DNA of 64,000 bases from NCBI GenBank assembly GCA_023213395.1, contig CM041465.1, positions 161,145,741 through 161,209,740 on the forward strand. Direction: 5' to 3'. This DNA is from Cycas panzhihuaensis. Its lineage: Eukaryota; Plantae; Cycadophyta. The notes under the pieces were generated by a model, which saw nothing but the letters and a program-made list of their open reading frames with translations, was not told where the DNA came from and ran no database searches. How positions within the stretch are numbered: the stretch's first letter is position 1; every line of letters starts with the position of its first letter. A program made the position numbers and the translations under genes. Positions 1 through 11,894 of this stretch are shown here, piece after piece.

Positions 1-837
1 AGGAGGGACGCCCCAGTTGCTGAGGCGGTGGATGAGGACATACCCATGGAGGAGGAGGTACCCACAACTGGTGGAGTACCCGAGGCAGTTGCCCAAGGAG
101 AGGAGCTGGCAGCCACACCAGGTGAGACATAACCTTCTCCTGTCATCACTTGATTGCCAGATATACATATATGGTTTGATTTTGATTTGATATGCATATA
201 GACATGTACTAATACATGATGTTGGATTGTAGGTACAATAGATATCTAGAGACTGGTGGAAGTGGTAGTCTAAGAGATATTCCCTTGGGCCTACGTAGAG
301 GGGCAGCCCCCCATCCAGGTAGGTGATGAGCCCAGATCAGTAGGCAACCACACAGCAGCCTTTGCCCCATTGATAAGGGTGAGAGACATATGGATAGCAA
401 AGTCCCAAGAGCATGAGACACGTACGGGATGACTACAGGCAGAGTTGGATACGACCTGAACTTAGAGAGATGCACTTCAGAGTCAGGTACAGGTGCTGGA
501 GGCTCAAGGAGGAGCTAGAGGGGACATGGGAAGTCATATCTGGCTAACAGTGATGGAGGATCGTCTCAGGGGGATGGAGGAGAGGCTTCACCTTATGGAG
601 ATGGAGCGGGATCGTATCCAAGCTCGATATGAATGACTAGTAGACGAGGTGGCATCAAGGTCGACACAGAGTAGGACACAGACCGACATGATGGCGACGA
701 CCCCGAGGAGGCCACGGGATGAGGAGAGCAAGGTTGGAGGCTCGCGGAGACTGAGGAGGAGTCTCGAAGAGATGTGGTCCCCAGGAGAGGGATCACATCG
801 ACCAAGAGATGATGCCTTAGGGGTAGAGCAGCAGTAG
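1..837 (+). pseudogene. Antisense extra ORF of the Tat-like element (3' part): acidic region then coiled coil, putative intron 122-232
   Basis: Exon 1-121 reads RRDAPVAEAVDEDIPMEEEV. GT at 122, TACTAAT at 207-213, AG at 231-232. The frame continues to TAG at 837 with only TAG/TAA/TGA stops revertible to Q/R (LQAELDTT..RDALQSQVQVLEAQ, MEDRLRGMEERLHLMEMERDRIQARYE). Confidence 0.6.
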
Positions 838-1563
838 AGTAGTGTATATAAGTTTTTGTTTTAGACATGGGAAAGCACGGACCTCTAGGGAATCACCATA
901 TGTAGTCACACGATTGTACCCTCCCTGCAAGGACACCGGCTTCCCACGAATGATGTACCATGCCATTTGTATCATATGACACATGATTATTTTTGATACA
1001 TAGATGGGGTGATTGATACCCCATTTGGTATATGATGATGTGTATCATAATGTGTGATAGATGATATGTATATTTTTTGTTTACACGTTTATGTATGTGT
1101 ATGAGGGTACACGGATGCATAAGGATATGTATAATTGCACTTTGAGTTGATTATTATATGATTTTTGTGTTATGATATTTGTTTAAGTTATGTGCATTTC
1201 CTTTCATGCGAGACCATGTTCCTAATAGGAGCACACACGATCACCATGTATAAAGGCGATAGGCATATGTGGGACTAGGAAACAAGGCAACACGCATGCC
1301 CAAATGGGAGCATAACATGATATACAAAGGAAATGCCAAAAGGACGGGAGTGACGATACTCCAAAATGTCATCCTAATTGGGGGATGCCCAAATAGGAAG
1401 ACAAGGTCCCAAGGAAATGGGAACAAGGGTTCCATGGGAGGAACCAAAGAGAGACAAGAAGGTCACCCTAAGCCACCATTCCGCCTATAGCTAGGAGGAA
1501 TGGGAACAAGCTTAAGATGGTAGTTTAGGCTCGTTTCAGAGCGTGAATGAGGTGATGATGAAG

Positions 1564-1998
1564 TCATGTGTAGAATTTCTTGAGGAATTTCCTATTAACA
1601 GCTTTCTCAAATTCAAGGCCTTCCAAGGTGGCAATCCTATAGGTACCATTATCGAGGTTCTCGAGAACGACAAAGGGGCCAACCCATTTGGGTCTGAATT
1701 TAGTCAAGCGGTCATGGAGATACTCCAATTTGAGGACATGGTTCCCAGTATACAAAGGACGAAAATGAAGATGTTTGTCATAGGTCCTTTGCAAGCAGGT
1801 CTTAGGTGCGAGGTTAGCCTGGTAGGCGGCTAAACATCTCTCAACTAAGGCCTCAAGGTCTAAGAGGGGAGCCTGACAAATCAACTCCTCATCGATGAGA
1901 CCTCGAAGGGAAACTCGTAGAGAGGGAATCTCAACTAGGTTAGACGTGGAGCCCGCTAAGTACTCAAGTAAAGCCTTATCATCCTCGAAGTCATCCAC
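1564..1998 (-). pseudogene. Gypsy integrase C-terminal remnant (GPY/F region)
   Basis: VEIPSLRVSL...KFRPKWVGPFVVLENLDNGTYRIATLEG...VNRKFLKKFY, the typical Tat-type integrase tail. Confidence 0.85.
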
Positions 1999-2599
1999 CC
2001 TGTGGATGACCTTACTTCAAATAGATGAGGTGCTAAAGGGAGTGGGAGTGACGGGACCATGATGGTCAGTAGACTGCCTAACATCCCCAAAAGACTCTAA
2101 GGGAGAGTCAGGAAGGGGCTCCTCGTAAGGAACAAAAGGAAGTTCCTCGAGACCATTGCCTGTGGGGGGTGATGGAGAGGAAGAATCGATGACCCGTGGG
2201 TCAATGCGTGCAATGACATGTGACACAAGGGGGTGACTAGTCTCTCCAACAAGAGGAGTTCTAGGTTGGGACCTAGAACAGAAAGGGTGCCTCCTACTAG
2301 TGCGGAGGAAGGAGACGGGGTGAGGAAAGTCCTCATCCTTGTCATGGGACTCGTCGTCACTAAACAAGGCAAGGTACCCATAGCTCTCGACACTAATAGG
2401 AGCAAAGTAAGTAAGGCTAGAGGAAGAAGATGTAGGATCTTCTTCAAGATGGGATGAATCGAGTATGCCGATGGAGCAAGTCGAGGCATGAGTAGAAGGG
2501 CCTTTGTCCCCCTTTGTATGGCCATAGCTTGCTTGGTTGGTAGGTCGAGTTTGTTTAACAGGTGGATGTTCACGGGAAATAACCCTCATTCGTCCATCA

Positions 2600-3050
2600 T
2601 AGACGAACATAAGTTGCCCCCAGCGGGTCAAACACATGGCTCCCATCTGATCGAGCTACGATCGACCCAAGAGAAGGTTGCAGTCGACATCTACATCAAG
2701 GACTACAATGTTGGCGAGGACAGTCTTGCCCTCGAGACTGAGCGGGATCGAAATAGATCCCAATGGAGTCTTTTCGCTACCGTTGTAGCCTTAGCACTGC
2801 CATGGAACCAGTTCCAAGGTGGAAATACTAAGCTCTTACATAACGCGCAAGGGCATGGTATTAACGGAAGAACCATTGTCAACGATGTTCTTTCACAAGG
2901 TACAGTCTGGTGTGTCAATAGTGATGGTGAAAGGGAAGTTCCATCGGTGTTCCCTTTCACAAGCGGGGGGAAGGTCTTTAGGGTCAAACGAAATGACGGG
3001 CCCATGACTTTGGGTAATACCCAAAGCGTGAATAGGCACATCACTTAACC
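2600..3050 (-). pseudogene. Retrotransposon aspartic protease remnant
   Basis: Minus frame reads NIVDNGSSVNTMP at about 2850-2890, followed by an LGR-like motif near 2670. Confidence 0.75.
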
Positions 3051-3399
3051 CTAAAGCTTCTAAGAGGAGTGTCCATTATTCGGGATAACTTCTTAAGACA
3101 TCCATAATGGACATCCCAGCGGCCATAATATAAAGCTCGTCAACGACAGAAAAGGCCTTCCCCTTCGCTATGAATTAAGGAAAGGCTCTCCTGAAATCAT
3201 AACGACCTGGACGAACGAGAACAGTCTTGGGAAGTAATGGAACTTCTGGAAGGGAGGTTTCCGGAATAGGATTAGAGTGTGGAGCAGAAGAAGAGGCATT
3301 AGTAGCCTCCTTAGTGGCTTGAGACCGAGTTAGGGCATATGAGGGGGTGGCATCAAGCATTTGGATTACCTTCTTTCCCTTATTCTAGGACCGCGAAGG

Positions 3400-5651
3400 T
3401 AAAGGAGTACGTCAGTCAGGAGAATGTGAGGAAGAAGACAAATCCTGGGTGCCCTTCCCTTTACCATGTGAAGGACAGGAATTCAGAGATCTTCCCTGGT
3501 TTCAGTTATTCTTGGGTTGAGTATTACGATCACATTCCCCATACTTGGGGAATGGATCATTGTGGATCGGTTGGTCAAGGTTGGGCCTTGAGGCCCGTTT
3601 AGGAGATGAGTCATGTTGTGGGGCATCCCTAGGATGCTGAGCCCGATAACGTGAGTTATCATGGAAACACTCCCCATGAACGGAACACCACTTCTTCTCA
3701 AGCGAGGAATCTGGCTTCTTGCCTTGAGAGGACTAGGTATTACTGCCTTTAGGGGGAGTGGATTCGGTAGCTTGTTGGAAGTGGGTGATGAAGGAGCTTG
3801 CAGTTTAAGTTCCTTCATAGTATGTTTGAATGAACATATAGCAGAAGTGAGAAGATCTAGGGTCTTCTTAGTCAAATGAGAAGAGGACCTAGAGGATTGT
3901 TGCAGTTTAGTTTCTTTGGTTTGGGGTGGTGCCTCACGACATTGTGAAGGCTTGAGAGGCTTCTTGAGTCCAGCCTGGATCTCAATAGCCTCAAGCGCTA
4001 AGCACTTTGCGATAGTGGAATCACATGTAATTGCCCCCATCTTAAGGACTTCTACATGGACTTCAGAGTGAAGTGCATTAACGAAGAGGTCCCTCTTCAA
4101 TTCCTCAGGCAAAGTAGCCTTAGTGGAATGGGGGAGGTCATGAAATCGCCGCACAAAGTCACAATTCATCTCATCGTGACCTTGTTTAAGCGAAAGATGG
4201 GATTTCATTCCACTTTCAAATGGATGAGTCACATCAAAGTAGTTGATGAACTCGTCCACAAGTTGTTGGAACGAGAAAATGGAATAGGGAGGAAGACGAT
4301 AAAACCATTTAAGGGCATCGCTTTCTAATGATCATGGGAATAATTTCATTAGTATGTGGTCATAGGCCCAGTAGTCTATGCACACCATAGAGAAACTGCG
4401 GACGTGCTCTGCTAGATCCTGTGACAAAGTTCCATCAAACTTAGGAACTTCAGGAGGATGAGGCGGCAAATTAGTTCTTAATGCCTCAACAGATAATGGC
4501 ATCGATCTATAATCCATGAAGGGACGTGCCCTTGCCTGGACCATAGGATCAACAGATGATGTGGAAGGTAATGGATAAGGAATGGATAGGGGTGAAGGGT
4601 CCATCCCTCCTTGAGGAAACGTCCCTTGCTGGAAAGGGACTTGAGGATAAGTGCTTTGAAAGGAAGTTGGGTTTCCTTACAAAGGTGCGGTATGAGGCTA
4701 CGCAGACGGCGAGAAAGGAAGGGTGAGGAATTGGGTTCTGTCCATATGGGTCGCCCATGGGTGACGTAACTCTATATGGATGGAATGTATCCACCCCATA
4801 AGCTAGAATATGGTTCCCTTTACCGTGCCCCCAAGGCTGAGAAGTATAGCCTGGGGATACGTAAAGAGAAGGGCCATTAGGTTGGATTTGAGTATACGTG
4901 AGAGTGGATCCTACATGACTAGTGGTAGGGGTATTATTGGACCTCTATGCCTACTAGGAAACATATGTGCTATGTTGGGAAGTGGCATGTTGGCTTGACT
5001 AGGAAAAGGTATGCTAACCCCAAGCAGGGAGAAAGACATACGATCAGAGGGTCCCGAAGAGCTCGGACCATGATGAGGAATGAAAGGTACAATAGACGTC
5101 CCTAAGGTAGGTGTAGGGATAGAGCGGGATGAATGTGTAGGTACAAAAGGATTACTCATTATGGGAGGTGTAGATACGAATGAAGACGGTGAGACAGGCA
5201 TGGATGAAGAGGATGCCCCACCACACAAGACATCTTCAAACCATCTAGGATGTGATTGAAGACAAGTTGCACGAAAACACTTGCTAAGGGCATCAACCAC
5301 GTCAGCAGGAGGGGTATCTACGCGATCGCAGGAGGTAGACGGGACCTCAAATGAAGTAGACCCCTCAGGGCACTCTTCATAAGAATCACCAACTGAGTGG
5401 CAAATCTCGAGAGAAGATGGATCCTCTACTCCATGAGTGGAGGGGTGAGCCTCAAGTGGGTGATGTTGATCACCCGGGTAGTAAATAGGATCGTCACCCT
5501 CTTGGGTGGATCCCGGAATGGATGTGGGGAACTCATGAGCTCCCAAGGCAAAGGCATGATAAGACCAATTTGAAGGGTATCCTTCCATTGCTAAATCAGA
5601 ATCTGATGATGAAAGAAGACGATATGCAGGATCTTCTAACAATGGAGGCAA
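3400..5651 (-). pseudogene. Retrotransposon gag (P/S-rich N-terminus, Retrotrans_gag-like core, degenerate zinc knuckles)
   Basis: PEVPKFDGTLSQDLAEHVRSF, LMKLFP, LKQGHDE..DFVRRF, LFVNALH; knuckle-like WCSVHGECFHDNSRY near 3650-3690. Confidence 0.8.
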
Positions 5652-5827
5652 ACCATGTAGGCGACGTGAGAAGCGTCGTATATAAAACTTGCCACTACAT
5701 TAGAAGAGGGAAATAAGAATACAAAGTATGTTTTGGGGGCTACCCAATGAAAGAGACAAGTGGAGAAGACCACTAAAAAGTAGAAGTACCAACAGGAAGG
5801 GATAGGAACTAGCTCCCTTACTAGCAA

Positions 5828-5846
5828 GTCCCTAGTATGGTCACCA
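5828..5846 (-). other. Primer binding site, tRNA-Arg-like
   Basis: TGGTGACCATACTAGGGAC 2 nt after the LTR end (...GTGCATCA); resembles the Tat/Ogre PBS TGGCGACTCCACTGGGGA with decay. Confidence 0.7.
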
Positions 5847-5848
5847 GT

Positions 5849-8613
5849 TGATGCACATCTACGGGATAGTCACTATGCTCAATAGGAATGATGGTAGGCA
5901 ATAATTGATGTTGGAGGTGTAGGCGAAGACCTACAAGCAAAGAGAGCACCACGCAGGGCACCTCATGTGTTGAAGCACAAGTTTGGGACCTACGAATGGC
6001 ACCCAACTATATTAGAGTAGCCCTCAATTTGGAAGAGAAAGTACATACAGGGGGGTAGCCTGGATGGTCTTGAGAGGAAGGTCCTCCCACCCTTGGATGG
6101 CTGGAAGGGAGAGGAGGAATCCTCAAGGGGTTCCCCTATGATGGAGGGAAACAAGTGTAGGTGAGGAGGCGAAGGCCTACGACATAAGCAAATATACCTT
6201 GGTTATTTAGCCTAAGCAAATGGAACTAAGAGAGGGAGTGGAAAAGGGGCCGAAACTATGTCTTCCTTTTTAACTACGAAAGGACAAAAAGGAAAGAGAA
6301 CAAGTATTATGCGTGCAAGCAAACAAAGCTAAATGAAATATGTCTAAGGGTATGTTTAGATGGGTAAGAAAAGGAAAGGGAATGGGGTTCCTACTATGTC
6401 CTTTTCCTACATGGGACAAACATACAACATATGAATACAAGTGACCAATATTATTAACCTTTCACTTTCACGATATCTATTAATCTAGAGCATAGATTTA
6501 AATGTAAAAGCGGGAAAGGAAAATAGAAGGGCAAAGAGAGGGATGGTGCATACCAGGGAGACGTAGCGATCGATGAAAGACCTCACCTACGTGCAACGCA
6601 CGCCCTCTCGCTAGACGGTTGGTCCATGCTCAAGATCAGTGCAAAGGACGGGGGCTTCCTTACCTTCCCCTTATGAAAAGAAAGCGGAACGAAAAGGAAG
6701 CAAATAAAGCAAAGAAAAAAGAGGGTAACACATACCAAGATCTTGATGCCTTTTCTGTTTGTGAAAGAGCCACGTCAACCTACACATATAAGAGCTTATC
6801 CCTTCCAAGAAGGGGCTGCAAGAAGAGTTATATATATATATATATATGCAAGTATATGTGATGTATATATCAAAATATCATGTTTAAGTTAGAGAAATAA
6901 CTGTTGCAAGTAACCTTACCTCTCCTTAAGCAACTGCACATATCAAGCAAGAAAGAGGGAAGGGAAGCCTCAAGATGGAAAACCCTCCACTAGGTTCTCC
7001 ACACAACCTTTAAGCACAGCAAGTTGGGGACAAATGGCAACTTATGACAGTCAATGAACACAAGAATATGTGTAGGAAGGTGTTAGGGAGGCAACAAGGC
7101 AACGGAGTCACTATGGGCAGCGATCCATCACACAAACCCTACCTAAGACCTCTAAAGGGTGCCAAGCAATGTTGGGGACACTATGGAGGTCCAAAAGGAA
7201 GACGTGCAAGCTTGGAATTAGTGCAGCAAGGGTTGCACACATTGATAATCCAATGTAGGCCTAAGCTTTACCTTCTCCTAATTATCCCAAAAGAAGCATG
7301 GGAGAAGGAGAAGAAATGTGGGAAGGGGGTTGTCCTTGGGGAGTAGGCTTAAGTTGGGACAGATCCTGCCTTACTCCCTTTGCCTAGCCTTTATGGATCT
7401 TCTCCCACTGCTTTCTTTAGGAAAACTAGCAGAGAAAAGGTGAAGACCTGAAGATACAAGGCTAAACTTAATAGAAACAATATTCACTACAGCCAGGCAG
7501 GAAGAAAGCAAACAAACACACTTGAATATGAGGGTAATATGGAAATAATACTCACAAAAAACCAAAAATATGGCCTAAAGTACCTACTGGGCTAAGTCTA
7601 GGGTAGGTTTTCCCTTGCAACCAGCGAAGAAAGAGAGTTCTTGTAAGGTTTTGTAGGAGGTATCCCTAAGAACGGTCGTAGGAGAGACTTGCTAAGGCGT
7701 ATTAGAAGAGAACCACACCAAACTTGCTTGAGAATGCCTGGAGAGGAGCTTCCCACCCCGGAGAAGGGCCGTTGCAGGCAGATCCTGGACTAGAGCTGTA
7801 GGAAATGCAGGCCTGTAGATGCACCTATGGAAGGAAGAAAGAAAGAGCAAAAACTGCAATATGAGGTAGTTGAGTTGGAGACCAAAAAAGATCTAAGAGT
7901 GGTAAAATGATGATGGTTTTAAGATTTATACCTATCCTAGCCCTAAACAAGCGAATAGGGTGCGGATAGGTCTGAGCTGGGCGCGAGGCCACGTGGCAAT
8001 TCCGTCGAAAAAGTGAGAATTGCTATGACAGTTTTTTTAAAAATAACTGACAAGAGTCGCACCATGGTAAACCTTGCGGTACTGTTAAGTTTACAATGGT
8101 CTTGGTCGAGAAGCGAATGGCAATAATCGAGTTAGGAGCCTTAGAAGGTGATGTGGCAGGCCTGGGAGGGGCTACCCCCCCTATCCAGGTGGCTAGGATA
8201 GTTAAAAAGGCATATGAATAAGGCCAAAAGGTAGTATCAAGGGCTAAAGGTCCCAGAGACAAGGTGATAAGGACATGAGGTCAAGGGATGAATGGGTCAT
8301 GCAAATAAAATGAGGTTTGAGGCGATGTGGAGGTAGTGCGGAGGGTCGTAGAGTGCCATGGGTGATGCCTACCTTGCGGAAAGGTCGGTCCCACTGGGGT
8401 CGTGATAGGCTCACAATATAACAAGCAGCATGATCAAGCCAAATGGATGCAAGATGATCATACAAATAAAGCAGTCAACCATGCAATGAGGCAATACTTC
8501 TATCAACCATTCCAAAGAAACCATAAGAGTGAAAAGGAAGAAGCATACCTATGCTTACCTGAGTCGACCTGTCCGTATCCATTCCCAGTAGCTGGGAAAC
8601 ACATACCATAACC
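5849..8613 (-). repeat. 5' LTR (about 2.76 kb) of the Tat-like element
   Basis: Both ends are homologous, inverted, to the ends of 47219-49832 (TTATGGTATGTGTTTCCC vs TTATGGGATGTGTTTCCC; TATCCCGTAGATGTGCATCA vs TATCTCGTAGCAGTGCGTCCA). Ends in CA before the PBS. Confidence 0.8.
7924..7997 (-). promoter_or_regulatory. Putative LTR promoter: G-box palindrome GCCACGTGGC plus TATA-like TATAAAT
   Basis: GCCACGTGGC at 7988-7997 is also present in the solo LTR (47810-47819). TATAAAT lies about 60 nt downstream on the minus strand (7924-7930). Confidence 0.45.
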
Positions 8614-9233
8614 TTGCAAACATAATGGTGTTGTTATGTAAAACTCAATTGTAAGGTCCTTTGCAAAAGTTAGTACTGGGTATGGTTGATGGCGTAGAGT
8701 CATCATGGCTATAGGCAAGCTTGGAATTCAATAGTAAAAGATTTGGTAGGTAAGAAAAACATAGAAACTCTTTTTGAAGTAAGATATGTTCTCAATCTTA
8801 AGCCTATAAATTAGAATAATGCTTAGCCAAAAATATATATATACCATGGGGTCTTTGAATGTCATCAAGGGTATGTTTGAAAATAAATTTGATTCAAGGT
8901 GAGAGCACCAATTAAGATCATGGATGCCAGATAGAAGGCAGTAGATTATAATAATGCCAAGGGAAAAGATTGCACAAGAGAAATGAGTGAACTAATAGGA
9001 TGAAAGCTAAGTTAGCAATAAGGGAATAGTGAGTGAAAATGAAATAAGGCTTAAATCTATCTCAAAAATCCTATAACTTGAGTCAGTAACATAAGTGAAA
9101 AATGATGGCTGAAGAAGCATCCTAAAAGATGTTATTAATGGAGATTGTGTGCTGCTACCTATCAATTCATATATAAGTAGGAACAAGAGCAACATAAGTA
9201 TAAAACATTCATTTAAGGATTCAGAGACAACGA

Positions 9234-9522
9234 TGCTGTGAGATCAAAAACCATACTCATTGCATTATGACAGGCTGCTTTAGTTCTCTCGCAACCAGAG
9301 ACAACCTAGAACAATACACATAGTCATCGAAATAATTATAGCAAGTGCAGAATGCAGGCAACTACATTCGGTGTAATAAAAACAAAAAGAAACAACTATA
9401 ACCATACTTCTCCAAGAATTTCCTACTACATTTATACATTACTTACAGCTCGAGTTAGTTGCAACTACTCTTTTTATAATTCAATTATGTTAATTGAGTT
9501 GCAACTAATATGGTCACACACA
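9234..9522 (-). repeat. 3' LTR of the second gypsy element
   Basis: Starts TGTGTGTGACC right after the PPT; contains two AGTTGCAACT palindromes; left boundary approximate. Confidence 0.55.
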
Positions 9523-9607
9523 TCTCTCCCACCACAAAACTTACAAGTATTTCCACTCGTAAGCACCACAATTTCAAATTTTGAAATAGTACATTATATA
9601 AAAAGAT

Positions 9608-11314
9608 TCAGTCCTTTCTAATTTTCTCTATCTCTGTATGAATCCATCGTGGATTAGGCTAGTAAATTGTACATGGTGGGTTTATGCCCTAATTTTTACA
9701 ACGATCATAGAGGATGACAATACGTACTGCCTATAGATGAACTATCGTTAGCTTTTCTCCTGGATGCAACTTTTGAATCTCCTCTTCCAATTCCTTTTTT
9801 CTTGTCTCCATAGACAACACATTTCTTCATAAGGAGTTGATCATTGACCAAAAGTGATTGGCATATTCAGCATCTTTCTGCGTCTGCATTATCCAAGCTC
9901 CCAGTTTATGGATTACCTTCTCCAACCCTGGTAGAATTTGCTCATCAAATAATGCACTAAAAGCTAGTACCAGATGCTCTATGCGAGAAGTGTCTCCAAC
10001 CTAATGTAGAATAAACTTAATAATAAAATCCAATTTTGCCTCACAAACAGCCAACTGGTCCTCTACTTTTTGAATCCTCTGCAAGTCTGGTGGTGGTCTT
10101 TTATTTCAAGCTTCTAACTCAGTAACTAATTGGTAAATGACTTTGGAAAGGAATGAAATCTTCTAATATGCAACATTGTGTGGCTGACATTCCATTGGAT
10201 CAATCCCTTTCTTTGTTAATTCTTCATTATTACAATCAAAATCTACCTTAATTAGTTGACTATTTAGGATTTCTAAAATTTCCTTTTTGGCTTTCTCCAC
10301 TATAACTCTTATCTTCCTTCTTCTTTCTTCTTTGATGCTTACAATTTTCTCAAGTTGTGGGATTGGTCGGTGCTCTTCCACTTCCTTCTTTATTGACACA
10401 TCGCCTACCTTCTGTTTTCCTCTTTTGATTTCCTCCTTATTCTTTTCCTCTTTAGCTTTTTGCTCACTATTCTCCTTCTACTTATTGACTGGCGAGGTTG
10501 CCTCTTCCTACTATCGTTTCCCTTTTCTTCCCTCTACTAGTGTTGTTTATAGGCTGTTAGCTTGGCTTTTTTTCAAAATGAAATCCTTCACTTTCTCTTA
10601 AATTTCATCATGCCAAAATTTTCCCTTTTCTCTAAAGTGGTTAATCCATTTGGTTATTAATGCTTGTTCTGGCTTTTTCGTGGGTAGCTCCAAATCAGGA
10701 CACTATGAATATAACAATCATTGGAATAGGCTTTAATAATAAAAAACTACCGATTGTGGTCCTGCCTTAATGTTATGTAATTTTTTTAAAAATTTACCTA
10801 AAAGAAATAAAACCCAATTAAACTTATCTCCTTTCGCCACCCACAGAAGTGTTGATCTCATTTCTGTGGGTACATACAAATTCTTCTGGCTTAATATCAT
10901 TCTAGTGAAGAGAAAATGGGCCACCCAGCATGCCAAGTCATCTACAATACTAGTGATATGAATACTAGATGTAGAAAGATCTGATATTTGCATGCCTAAC
11001 TACTTCATTGCTTACTCTCGTAGGATTCTTTTATCCTTGGGTACTTCTTTACCAGAATCTAGTAATCCTAAAACTTGTGCAATAGCCTTCTCTAAAATGT
11101 CCAGAAGAGCTAGTTAGTGTGCTATAAGTTGAATCATTTTAGATATGAATTCTATGGTCATTGGAAATAAACTAGTTTGCACAAATTATGTAAATCTAGC
11201 CTTTGTCAAATTTACTGTCCTCTCATCCTCCTTTAGCATGTTAGACCATACATTCTTGATTCCTTCATTATCCACTTCTTGGAGATTAATCTAAATTTTT
11301 TTAGTAGTCTTCAT
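9608..11314 (-). pseudogene. Extra 3' ORF (569 codons, decayed), plant-mobile-domain / 'plant transposon protein'-like N-half plus charged helical C-half
   Basis: ATG at 11314 and TGA at 9608 are in the same frame as track ORFs 10733-10993 and 10163-10399. Motifs ILEKAIAQVLGLLDSG and KFNWVLFLL. The internal stops I translated are revertible to Q/R. Confidence 0.6.
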
Positions 11315-11894
11315 TCTGATCTTTTATAATTTTTCCCAAGTTTCCTAGTTTCCACCTTCGACCTTATTGCCTCATATCCTATCAACCATGCAAAACCATT
11401 ATGATTTCAAATCATGGTTGCAATAACTACGTTGCAATCTTGATGTATTATCCTTTCTTTCCTCTAATGTATGACAGCCACCTGTCACCATATTTACATC
11501 TTGAATCGTCTTGGTATGTGCGTCAATAAAATTGCCAATGATTTCTACTGATTTATCGCCGATATCATTAATTACTTGTTCCTTACTTTAATTTTGCTTT
11601 TTCCTCATTTGACTATTCCTAAGTTGATGTAATCATCTTTCCTTGCTCATAGTTTTCTATAACACTTTTTTGCTATACTGAGTGTTATCTTATTATGCTC
11701 CCTTTTAATCTCCTTAATTACATCTGGTACAATATTTTCCTTTTCTTTATTACACCTGGTTACATTCTTTTTGAGTTGCATCTTGACTCCTTCTAATTGC
11801 TCTGATTGTGTTTGGTTATAACCCTTTTCTTTATCTTTTTGCATTCTATATTACAACTATACAATTTCTTATAACTCAGTTCCTAATGTTTTAT

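Larger units (their letters stand above)
1..8613 (-). mobile_element. Ty3/gypsy LTR retrotransposon, Tat/Ogre-like, internally deleted (non-autonomous); runs off the left edge
   Basis: Order on minus strand: long LTR (5849-8613), PBS TGGTGACCATACTAGGGAC (tRNA-Arg-like), gag, protease IVDNGSSVNTMP, integrase tail KFRPKWVGPF. Antisense extra ORF in the 3' region. No RT motif found. Confidence 0.85.

Noticed and set aside
2488-4328. Plus-strand ORFs (2488-3048, 3339-3602, 4056-4328)
   Set aside because: Antisense shadows of gag/protease
8620-9230. Possible LINE RT remnant on the minus strand
   Set aside because: Motifs too degraded to support a call
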